Virus record (IMG/VR): IMGVR_UViG_3300007734_000761 | Location: 112,312 to 176,311 of that record | Length of the DNA stretch: 64,000 nt | DNA from: a virus | Strand: one strand, 5' to 3' | Shown: piece after piece, positions 51,208-60,700 of the stretch | Numbering within the stretch: the stretch's first letter is position 1 | Layout of the letters: every line of letters begins with the position of its first letter | The notes under the pieces: generated by a model | The model's database searches: none | Seen by the model: only the letters and a program-made list of their open reading frames with translations | Told to the model about the DNA's origin: nothing | Program-made: the position numbers and the translations under genes

Positions 51208-52218
51208 TTATATAGGAAATCCTTGAATTTGATAATATTTTTTTAACTTAGCTATAGTTAAAGGTTCTTTTTTAGGTCTTTGTAATATTCTATTAAAAGC
51301 TGGATTTTGATCCGCTACTGTCTCTGCTGATAATCGTTTTGTTTTTAATACATAACTATCTGGTTTGCCTACAGCTGCTGGGAAGAATGTTACTATGTAT
51401 ATGTCTACTAATTTAGGATTAGAAATATTTAAAGCTTTAAACCAATATCTATAAAATTCATAAACTAAATCCATTTGTTGAACTCTAGTTTGTTTAGCTA
51501 AATCTTCTCTAGTAAATGGACCTTTATTTCCTATTTTTATAGTTTTTGCTTTACCAAAGAAAAATTGAATTAGACCTCTTGTTACATTTTTAGGAGCTGA
51601 TATTGATGTGCTAAATCCTGATTCATGTTTCATTGTAGCTAATAAAGCATCTACTAGATTTTCATTTCCTAATTTTTTAGCTGTTTCAACAACTTTATTA
51701 TAAAAAGCTAAATCTAATTTTTTTACAGATTCTCTTAAATTTTTAAAACCAGAGCTTGTTTTTAAACTTTTAGATGTAGAAACGGTTTCAATGATTTGAT
51801 TATCTTCAGTATATGTTTTTATTTCATCCAATGAATCAAATACTTGTATTGATGTAATATCAATGCTATCATATAAAGAAAAAAATGTTTCTTCTTCATC
51901 TGGTACTTCTATAGCAAATATTTGTTCATAAGTTAATGAAGATGTTGGTTCTATATTTAATTCTACTTGATTTTTAATTGATGTAGAACTAGTAATAGGT
52001 ATAATATCTGTTATTGTTTCAAAACTTCCTGTTGTTTTATTTAAATTAGGAACAATAATAGTACTAGGAGTTGAAGGAGTAACTACAGGAGCTGTTGAAA
52101 CATTATCAGTATTTATCTGAATACTAGTATTACCAGATGAAATAATAGTACTTCCATCTGGATTAAGATCCATGTAGTTACTATTTCTTCCTTGTAGTCT
52201 ATTTACTCCTGATTTCAT
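51208..52218 (-). CDS. Tail-associated lysozyme-like/transglycosylase protein
   Basis: ATMKHESGF...GLIQF...QQMDLV..Y. Confidence 0.65.
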   Translation of the reverse strand: MKSGVNRLQGRNSNYMDLNPDGSTIISSGNTSIQINTDNVSTAPVVTPSTPSTIIVPNLNKTTGSFETITDIIPITSSTSIKNQVELNIEPTSSLTYEQIFAIEVPDEEETFFSLYDSIDITSIQVFDSLDEIKTYTEDNQIIETVSTSKSLKTSSGFKNLRESVKKLDLAFYNKVVETAKKLGNENLVDALLATMKHESGFSTSISAPKNVTRGLIQFFFGKAKTIKIGNKGPFTREDLAKQTRVQQMDLVYEFYRYWFKALNISNPKLVDIYIVTFFPAAVGKPDSYVLKTKRLSAETVADQNPAFNRILQRPKKEPLTIAKLKKYYQIQGFPI

Positions 52219-52715
52219 ATAAATCCGTTTAATGAATTAGTATAATTTATTGGATTTAAATTAGTCATTTTATTATTTTGTACTTGGTTTGGTACAGTAG
52301 GATCTAAATTCTTTTGAGAGCCTGTTAATTCATTCCAAATATTTAAAGGTCCTTTAACGCTATCCCAATAAACAATAGTTGTTGGATTTGCTTTATTTTG
52401 ACTAGAGGCTATTGGATCATAACTAGAATATATTTCTACATATTCACCTACCTCAGGCATGTTTATACTAGTAGGAGTACTAGGGATTGCTACTTTAGTT
52501 AAATCAGGACTGCCCAAAGAAGATTTTCCGTAATTATTTTTTACAAACTCATAAGAAATCATTCCATTAATACCTGTTATTCCGGTTACTCTAACTGTTG
52601 TTCTCTGACTAGTATTTCCAGTAAAACCTGTAAAACCACTAGCCCCTGCCACATTACCTATTGTAGTAGGAGCAGTTGTAAATCCAGCAGTATTAAATAA
52701 CTGATTATCCGGCAT
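52215..52715 (-). CDS. Possible gp5-like OB-fold N-terminal protein
   Basis: MPEVGEYVEI motif; position in the baseplate cluster. Confidence 0.45.
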   Translation of the reverse strand: MPDNQLFNTAGFTTAPTTIGNVAGASGFTGFTGNTSQRTTVRVTGITGINGMISYEFVKNNYGKSSLGSPDLTKVAIPSTPTSINMPEVGEYVEIYSSYDPIASSQNKANPTTIVYWDSVKGPLNIWNELTGSQKNLDPTVPNQVQNNKMTNLNPINYTNSLNGFI

Positions 52716-53052
52716 TGCTTATTCCTAAATCTTCTAAACTGGCGAATAAAAGTTCTTTATCTTTATCAGACATCATTCCACCATTTTCTTCTTGAGCTCT
52801 TAAACTTACAGCTTCTATTTTTTGAATAATAGTAAGTATTTTGATAATGGTATCATCATTTTTAATGAGTAAATCCATATATTCTTTAATTAATGGAACC
52901 ATCATTACAGCATCTCCACCATCATTAATTAAATCTTTTAATTGATTAATCATTGATCTAAGTTGACTGCTTTTATCGTTTTTATCTTTATAAGCTTCTT
53001 CCATCAACTTAGCTATAGTTTTACCTTTAAATATTTCTTTATTATAGTCCAT
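52705..53052 (-). CDS. Helical hypothetical protein (small-terminase-like fold possible)
   Basis: Helical hairpin pattern only; ATATTTAT upstream. Confidence 0.4.
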   Translation of the reverse strand: MDYNKEIFKGKTIAKLMEEAYKDKNDKSSQLRSMINQLKDLINDGGDAVMMVPLIKEYMDLLIKNDDTIIKILTIIQKIEAVSLRAQEENGGMMSDKDKELLFASLEDLGISNAG

Positions 53053-53072
53053 ATTGTATAAATATGGTTTTA

Positions 53073-53828
53073 TTAAAGTTTTTGGACTACTCCATCTCTA
53101 ACATAGTCGTTATAAAGTTTAACATATAAAATTTTCATCTTTTTAATAACTTTTGTTATAAGAGTAGTATCAGCGTCTACCATTTCTCTTATGAATATGT
53201 AAAAGGCTTTTTTATTGAATATATCTAAATTTTCTCTTGTTTTAAAAATTTGTAATACCGCGTTAGCTACTTGTTGTTCTTTATATTTAACATATAACTT
53301 TTCTAAATATTCTTCGTTATATTTAATATAAACATCAAAAAACATACTTAAAGTATTTTCTTGAAAACTATCAACTATTAATTCTTTTTTTACTACTTCT
53401 TCATCATTAACTATAGTTTCAGTAATATCTTGGTGAGTTTGAAGTTTTTTATAGTTATTCTGGTTATTAAATATAAAATATCTTTTAGCTATTGTGCCAA
53501 AATAGCTATATGCTTTACCTTTATTTGGTTTAAATTTTTCTAAACGTTCAAGTAAAAATATAATAGCGTTATGTTGTAATTCTTCTATTGTATGATTATC
53601 AGTGTAATAGTATTTATAAGTATGAATTAAATTTTCTGTTAGCTTAAAAAAAGCATAGTGAATTTTTTCTTTATAAATTTTATTTCTTTTTTGAACATCA
53701 GTACAACTTACAAACTCAACAATAGCTTCTTCAGTTTCTTGAGTAAAATAGTTACGGTCTTTTTTAGGTTTTCTTTTCCTAAGAGTTCCTTTTTTCGTGT
53801 AAACATTAGGATCTAAAGTAGTACTCAT
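53073..53828 (-). CDS. Phage sigma factor (T4 gp55-like late sigma)
   Basis: NYF....EAI..., KLTENLI, KFKPNKGKAYSYFGTIAKRYFI resembles sigma region 2 of gp55 homologues. Confidence 0.65.
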   Translation of the reverse strand: MSTTLDPNVYTKKGTLRKRKPKKDRNYFTQETEEAIVEFVSCTDVQKRNKIYKEKIHYAFFKLTENLIHTYKYYYTDNHTIEELQHNAIIFLLERLEKFKPNKGKAYSYFGTIAKRYFIFNNQNNYKKLQTHQDITETIVNDEEVVKKELIVDSFQENTLSMFFDVYIKYNEEYLEKLYVKYKEQQVANAVLQIFKTRENLDIFNKKAFYIFIREMVDADTTLITKVIKKMKILYVKLYNDYVRDGVVQKL

Positions 53829-54094
53829 TCTTTATATTGTTTTAAAGATTCATTGAGGTTTTTTAGTTCTAACCACATTTGACCTACATAATCATTACTT
53901 CTAAATGTTTGTTCTTCGTCTATTTTATCAAAACTATAAGTAATATTATTAACGGCTTGTTTTGTTTCGGCAATACGTTGAGATTGTTTTTCAATAATTT
54001 TTTCTAATTTATTAATTCTTTGCCAAAGATTATTAAAAATAAATCCTACTACTGTTATTACCCAAAGTAATATTGCAATTATTCCTGTACTCAT
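53825..54094 (-). CDS. Small membrane protein
   Basis: N-terminal TM helix plus coiled coil. Confidence 0.6.
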   Translation of the reverse strand: MSTGIIAILLWVITVVGFIFNNLWQRINKLEKIIEKQSQRIAETKQAVNNITYSFDKIDEEQTFRSNDYVGQMWLELKNLNESLKQYKE

Positions 54095-54095
54095 A

Positions 54096-54866
54096 TTATA
54101 GATTTTTTAACATGTCAGCAAAAGCTGTATTTTTATTTCCTATTTGTCTAATAGCTTTTTCTTGAGATTTTTGTTTTGATTGAAAATTATTTACTAAAGG
54201 TTTTTTAACTGGTTCTTTATAAAAATTATCTAAACATTCATGTTCCCATTCAACTCTAGCTGCTAATAAGTCGGCTTGATGTAAAATATAAACCATACTA
54301 GTTCTAGGTCTAGTCTCTGGCATGTATGATTTTAAGTAAGGTTCATTTGCTTGATCATAAAGTCCATCATGTAATTTAATAGTTAAATATTCATTTTGAG
54401 ATACTTTAATACCTAATTCAGCTAATAACCATAATCCACGATCAGGTACTGACATGTAAGTAAGTTTAGTATTAAATTGGTACATCTCACCTAATTTTGT
54501 TTTTCGCCATTCGTCGGTTTGTTCAATAACTGCTTCATGTTCAAGATCTCCAAATTTACCTAAATCATGGTTAATTGCACTAAATACTAACTCTTCAGTA
54601 GTATAGTTATCTTTACAATCAAATTTTTTCCATACTTTATCTAATTCAAGAGATGCATCTATTACTCTTAATACGTGATCAATATAGCCCCCTGGAAAAG
54701 AATTATGATAACCACTTTTATGGCTTGCTGGCATTAAACTAAAACGTTCCTCATATTTTTGATAAAACTCTAATAACTGTTCTTTTCTAGGGGACTCGAT
54801 ATATTGATCTATAACAGAGAGGAAACGATTCCAATTTTCTAAAATTTGTTCTGGTGTTAAATTCAT
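54096..54866 (-). CDS. HD-domain phosphohydrolase
   Basis: PASH...H...GGYIDHVL, NHDLGK, LHDG, HQAD. Confidence 0.85.
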   Translation of the reverse strand: MNLTPEQILENWNRFLSVIDQYIESPRKEQLLEFYQKYEERFSLMPASHKSGYHNSFPGGYIDHVLRVIDASLELDKVWKKFDCKDNYTTEELVFSAINHDLGKFGDLEHEAVIEQTDEWRKTKLGEMYQFNTKLTYMSVPDRGLWLLAELGIKVSQNEYLTIKLHDGLYDQANEPYLKSYMPETRPRTSMVYILHQADLLAARVEWEHECLDNFYKEPVKKPLVNNFQSKQKSQEKAIRQIGNKNTAFADMLKNL

Positions 54867-54867
54867 A

Positions 54868-55122
54868 TTAAAACCTTCCTGATTGAATTCCGTAATCGAT
54901 ATTCTTTTGTGGATTTGGGAATGATGCTGTGTTGTATTGTTCTTCTTCTTGATTCAAATACGTTCTAATCTGTTCAAATGCTTGTTTACTAACTTCAATT
55001 TGTTTTTCTAAAAATACTCGTTCACCTTCTGCAAGACTGGTATTGCGAATGAATTGAATAAAACTTTGTTGAACTGCCTCAATTTGGCCTAAAGTTAACT
55101 GTACGTGTCTTTTGTTTCTCAT
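54868..55122 (-). CDS. Hypothetical protein
   Basis: ORF with ATGA coupling. Confidence 0.5.
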   Translation of the reverse strand: MRNKRHVQLTLGQIEAVQQSFIQFIRNTSLAEGERVFLEKQIEVSKQAFEQIRTYLNQEEEQYNTASFPNPQKNIDYGIQSGRF

Positions 55123-55475
55123 GATAAATGTGGGGTTAATTGTTTATATATTGTTATTTGTGGATTTAAATTTGAAATTAATTTACTGTGTCTAATAGGA
55201 CTATCTGTATGTAATACTTTAGTTTCTGGGTAATTGATAAATATAACTGGATAGCTATTACTTTGAAGAATACCTTCAATTTCATCGGCTATTAATTCAT
55301 GTTTAGTATCCATGCAATCAAAACTTTCATAACTCCATCCATCAATCATTAATTCAGATTCTAATGACTTACAAACTTTACACCCATGTAATTTAAATAC
55401 AATAATTTGAGGTTCAAATTCAGTTCCGTTATTTTTTTGGTACATTTGAACTTTTTCTATCAGTTTTTCTACCAT
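55119..55475 (-). CDS. Thioredoxin/glutaredoxin-like protein
   Basis: GCKVC and SYPVIFI; probable start at 55475. Confidence 0.65.
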   Translation of the reverse strand: MVEKLIEKVQMYQKNNGTEFEPQIIVFKLHGCKVCKSLESELMIDGWSYESFDCMDTKHELIADEIEGILQSNSYPVIFINYPETKVLHTDSPIRHSKLISNLNPQITIYKQLTPHLS

Positions 55476-55482
55476 ACCTCTT

Positions 55483-55511
55483 ATTATAACATAATGAATT
55501 GTAAAGGCCAA
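55483..55511 (-). promoter_or_regulatory. Promoter TTGGCC-N17-TATAAT with extended TG
   Basis: -10 box lies 7 nt above the ATG at 55475. Confidence 0.55.
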
Positions 55512-55592
55512 ACTTAGATTTATTTTTCTCCCCCCGCCCCATATCTTAGGAAAAAAAACTAATTAATAAAAACTAAGCATAAAGTATTTGAT

Positions 55593-55676
55593 TTAAGGAA
55601 AATCATACCATTTAGAGCCGACCGTTGGTTTTCTGTATGTAGTTTTAGACTTACTAGTCTGTGTTTCCACAAACAT
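55593..55676 (-). CDS. Possible 27-aa microprotein
   Basis: MFVETQTSKSKTTYRKPTVGSKWYDFP; preceded by TTGGTT-N17-TAATAC. Confidence 0.35.
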   Translation of the reverse strand: MFVETQTSKSKTTYRKPTVGSKWYDFP

Positions 55677-55707
55677 AGTATTAATAAAAATACTCTTAAA
55701 AACCAAA

Positions 55708-56997
55708 TTACAAACCAGCTAATCTTTGAAGTCTTTCAAGTAAAGCATTATCTGCGTCATCTGCTGTTTTATCTTGACGCATTTGTTTAAACATGCCTTT
55801 TAATTGATTTAATTGTTGACTAGTAACATTATTATTAATTACATTAGTCATTAATTGAATAAATTCTTTATTTTCTAACTTATAAATATCTTGTAAGAAA
55901 TCATCTCTTTCCTCAGGTGTAACGTTAACTTCTAATTTATTAATTAAGTCTTGTAAGTTTTTAGCAATTAACTGACCATAAGCAATGTCTTCAGGTTCAT
56001 TAGTAATTTTATCAGTAAATTTAACTACTTTTTCTCCTCTTTCTAAATCACTAAATCCAAATAAACCAATAATTTCATACATTCCTTTTACAATTTCTAA
56101 TATAAGAACAGGAAAAACAATAGCTCTTGCTTTAATAATCCATTTTTCTTTTTCAAAATCATAAAATACTGACTCAGCTCCAGTAGCACTAGATTCTAAA
56201 TCAGCTCCACCCATACGCATACCAGCTGCTCCTACTGAAAAATCAATTAAATCAAGAGCAGCCTGCATTAAATCTCTGTATTTATCACTTGTTCCTTGTC
56301 CACCAATAATATCAATGTATTCTTGTTGAATGTAATGAGCTGATTTACTAAATGTAGAAGCGCCTTGCGTAACAGCGTTAATTAATCTTCTTTTTTTTAA
56401 ATCCTCAGCAATGTCATCCATCATTTCTTGTTCTTCTTCTACACTTAATTCATCAATGTCTTCTTCTTGTGGTGAATTTGGTTGTAAAGCTTCTTTAACT
56501 TGTGGTTGAGGAACAATTTTAGCATCAATTTCAATTACATCTTCATTTGACTTTAAATAAGGATAGGCTTCGTATATAACATCGTAGGCTAACTGTTCAA
56601 GTAAATCTTGATTTCCTTGTTCTAACTGCATTACTTGTTGAGCTAACTGCATTAGATTACCCATAATCTGCATTGGGTTTTTACCTTGTATCCTTTGTTT
56701 TACACTACCTTTTAATTTACCTAATGTTTCTGGGTCAAAAACCTTATCATAGTCGGCCTCACTTAATTTATTAAAAGCAGACATGTATCTATCTACAATT
56801 TTTTTCATAACTTCACTTTCTTCTCCCATTAAAGTTTTAGCTTTTGGAGCAGGAGTTGGTGAAGTACTAGGACTAGGAACACTTCTTCTACGAGGAGTAG
56901 GTTTAGTAGGTGTATCTGTATCGGGTTTAGTAACCGGTTTAGTAGGAGCTGGTGCAGTTTGAGGTTCCTCTAACAATAAAGATTTTAACTTGATCAT
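55708..56997 (-). CDS. Putative head-associated protein
   Basis: Leader MIKLKSLLLE, Pro/Thr linker, helical body, C-terminal RLQRLAGL. Confidence 0.6.
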   Translation of the reverse strand: MIKLKSLLLEEPQTAPAPTKPVTKPDTDTPTKPTPRRRSVPSPSTSPTPAPKAKTLMGEESEVMKKIVDRYMSAFNKLSEADYDKVFDPETLGKLKGSVKQRIQGKNPMQIMGNLMQLAQQVMQLEQGNQDLLEQLAYDVIYEAYPYLKSNEDVIEIDAKIVPQPQVKEALQPNSPQEEDIDELSVEEEQEMMDDIAEDLKKRRLINAVTQGASTFSKSAHYIQQEYIDIIGGQGTSDKYRDLMQAALDLIDFSVGAAGMRMGGADLESSATGAESVFYDFEKEKWIIKARAIVFPVLILEIVKGMYEIIGLFGFSDLERGEKVVKFTDKITNEPEDIAYGQLIAKNLQDLINKLEVNVTPEERDDFLQDIYKLENKEFIQLMTNVINNNVTSQQLNQLKGMFKQMRQDKTADDADNALLERLQRLAGL

Positions 56998-57011
56998 ATA
57001 TTATAAATATG

Positions 57012-57728
57012 TTATTCTTCTACAAGTAGTAACTCATTAACAGGTTTTAGTGTTTCTAAGAAATTACTAACTAATTCTTCACTACTAAAATCACTGTCAA
57101 ATTTATTTTTATCGTAAATCCAATTTAAATCAAGAGAAATATTAAAAACAGGAATGTCTACCATAAATTTAATTCTTGGTTGATCTTGAGTATTATCGTC
57201 TAAAATTTCAAAATCTCTTAAAAAACCAACAAAAACTCTATGATCTTTAAAATCAGCTTCTAAAACATAACTAACATCAGTTACAATTAGTATTCTTTTA
57301 TTTTTTAATGAATTTAATTTTTCAAAAAATATATCTAAGTTAGTTTCTCTATAAAGTTCTAAACCTATATTTTTCCAACTATAGTTACGAATTTCTTTTT
57401 CTAAAGTTTCATCAACTTGAGTTTCTTGTTCTATTTCAATTTTACTACTTTCTTCTGGTATACTTTCTACTATTTCATTTAATACTTGATCTAATGTATG
57501 TTCTTCATCCCACTCTACTTCTTCTTCTAATAAAGGTGCTTCTAACCATTCTTTATCTTCTTCTGTTAATTCATATTGTTGAATATTAGAAGTTTCAAAT
57601 AATTTTTTTGGTTCTTTTTCTTGAATTTGAAAAAAATTTGTTGTATTACCTTGATAAGGAGAAATATAACCTAACAGTAAAAATCCTAACAATAATAAAC
57701 CTAAAGATATTAATATAACAATCCACAT
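57012..57728 (-). CDS. Acidic membrane-anchored hypothetical protein
   Basis: N-terminal TM helix; ATATTTAT upstream. Confidence 0.6.
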   Translation of the reverse strand: MWIVILISLGLLLLGFLLLGYISPYQGNTTNFFQIQEKEPKKLFETSNIQQYELTEEDKEWLEAPLLEEEVEWDEEHTLDQVLNEIVESIPEESSKIEIEQETQVDETLEKEIRNYSWKNIGLELYRETNLDIFFEKLNSLKNKRILIVTDVSYVLEADFKDHRVFVGFLRDFEILDDNTQDQPRIKFMVDIPVFNISLDLNWIYDKNKFDSDFSSEELVSNFLETLKPVNELLLVEE

Positions 57729-57745
57729 AACATTTACAATAAATA

Positions 57746-60700
57746 TTATTTAGAAAATGCTTCTATATCAAAACCAGGTTTTAACTTAGCTTTAACAATT
57801 CCCTTACGAGTTTTCATAAATCTATCAAATTGAGGTTCAAATCCACTTCCACGATTTATGTATTTTTTTACTTCAATTTCCCCATCGCTAGTTATGTTAC
57901 CAATTTCATATTTAACATTTGGATCGTTAAATGTTGAGTTAGTATTATCAAGAAAATCTCCTTTATTTAAATAAACAATGTCCCATTTTTGAGGTGCTTT
58001 TACTGTAAACTCGTCATCTGCTTCTTTTAAAGTAGAAACAGCTCTAATTTTAAACCCAGTTCTGTCCATATCTATATTTTCAGCAGTCGACCAGTCAAAA
58101 TCTTCTTCTACCTCAAAGAGACTATCATCAAAGTCAAACATTTCAACTAAGTCTGTGTCCCAATTAATTGAATAATACCATTTAGTAAGATTTTCAGAAG
58201 TAGGATTTCCAGTAAATGGTTTCCAATCAGAATAAGAATATTGTTCTAAATCATTTATATTGACTATTCCTCCTCCATCTCTTTCTACAATAGCTTCTTT
58301 ACCATTTTCATCTTCATACCAGTAAGTATCTTGAAACATAAGTTCAACATCACCATCATATTCCCACCAATCTTTAGGAGCATCAACACTAAAATCTTCT
58401 TCCTCATTCATGTCATCATACCATTCACTAGTTTCATCTTGAGCTCTAATCCATTGTTGAAAATCTTCATATAAATCTCCACTACTTATTCCTTCATAAT
58501 TTCCAAAATCCCCAAAATTAAAAACTTCATCTAAATACACTTCAATAAATTCATCTTCAACCCCATATTTTCTTAAAATACGCGTAACAAATTCATCAAA
58601 ACTTTTATAATATTCATCCTCTCTCATACCTTTAGTAGGTTCCCAATAGTCATAGTTCCATTCTTCAGGTGCATTAACACTAAATTCGTCATCTGATTCT
58701 TCCAAATTATAAGGAACAATTTTATATTGAGGTTTTAAAAACTCATTAACTTCGTCTAAATCAAATGGAGCTTCATTACGTCCTAATTGAACCCACCATC
58801 CACCATCATCTTCTCCTATGTCTTCAATATTTAATGGTTTAGAAATATCAAACCAACTATTAATTTGCTCATATCCCCACATTTCAGGAGTAACTGTATC
58901 TCCAACAGTTAATAATTCAACGTTCCATTCATCTGGAGCGTTAACATTAAAGTCTTCTTCGTTTTCTAATAACTTACTTAATTCAAATACAGGTTTTTGT
59001 ATTTGATATTGAGGTTTTAAAGTATTTTCATTGAAACCATCTAAGCTAAAACCTAATCCTAATTTTATGTCTTTACTTTGTGGTAAGTATTTTCTCCAAC
59101 CTATATCTTGAAATTTAATTCGTACACCCCAAAACTTAGCATCATCTGTAGGCCCAGCTAGATAAATTTTTGTTATTACACCGGGAAAGTCCATTCTAAA
59201 ATCCTCGTCCATTTGCTCTAAAAATATAGGATTTTTAATCATATCTCTAGTGATTTTATCTCCTACTCCTAATTCAATAACGTCCCATTTTTGAGGTGCT
59301 TTAACATCAAATTCATCGTCTATTTCTAATAATTCATTTAAAGAAGTCATTATTCTGTATTTATCATTTAATACGTCTTCATTTATGTAATCAATGCAGA
59401 ATGGTGTATGGTAACCTGATTCAACATGGAGAAGATTAACAGTCCAACATTCATCAAAATAAATGTCTTCTATAAATAATTTTCTTCTTGAAAACCATGT
59501 ATAATCATTACCTTTAGGATTTAACATATTAGAATTAATATAATCTCCTACTCTTAATTCAATAACATCCCACTCAGGTAAAGCATCAACATTGAAGTTT
59601 TCTTCACTTTCTTGTAAATTAGATAAACTAATTCTATATTCAGGTTTTAATAAATCATGAATATCTTCTACAGCGTATGTAACTAAGTCTGATTCTTCAA
59701 ATACTATAAAATTCTCAATTCCATCACTTCCTATCCAATTTATTTTTAAAGGTTTATTAAAAGAAAAATCAAACGTTGATTGTTTAGTTTCTCTTTTATT
59801 CCACATATTAGGTGTAATTGTATCACCTACATTTAAATAATTAATATTCCATGATTTAGGTGCATCAACATTGAAGTTTTCTTCATCTTCATTTAAATTA
59901 AAACGATTAGGCAAGTTAATGTAAGCATTTAATTTAGGACCCCTAGTATTATTAAAATGTTCAACAGTAAATGAATATATTTGGTTTTTGTTGGATACAC
60001 GTCTAAAAGCAATTATATTATGGTCATAATAAGCCGATTTACGGTATTCACCTTCATTAGATCCTATGTATATTATTTCATACGTGAATCCTCTACTATC
60101 TTTAGGAATGTCTTCTTCACGAGTATAAACTTCTCCAATATAATCATCAAAATAGTCTCCAACTTTTAATTCATGTCGGTTCCACTCAGCAGGTGCGTCA
60201 ACATTAAAATCTTCCTCTTCAGTTAAATTTTTATTTTGAACTACTTTAAATTCAGGTTTTAATAAATAGTTAACAAAATCTATATCATACTCTGTAGTAG
60301 TATCACCTAAATCTAAACCAACTAAAGGTTCTTCTTCTTCATTATCAAATTCATTGTAACCAATAGAATCTATTTTTATAGGTTTACTAAAAAAATCCTT
60401 TCTTCTTCCAATTTTATTTTGATCCCACATGTCAGGAGTAATAGTATCTCCAGTTGTTAAGTATTCAACATTCCATTCTTGTGGTGCGTCAACACTAAAT
60501 TCATTTTCACTTTCACGTAATGAAGGTGTAATTATAAAATTATCTTTTAAACGATCATTTAAAGTTTCAATATCAACAAAAATATTTCTTATGTATTTCC
60601 ATTGTCTAGTTGTTCTGTTAGTTCCAGGTATTGGTTCGTCTTTTAATTGAAATACTTTAAGTACTGCTTCATTATGACCCCAAGGAAACAAGGATACCTT

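Noticed and set aside
6172-60650. Short + strand ORFs (60-100 aa) overlapping long minus genes
   Set aside because: Antisense to well-supported genes, with no recognisable motifs
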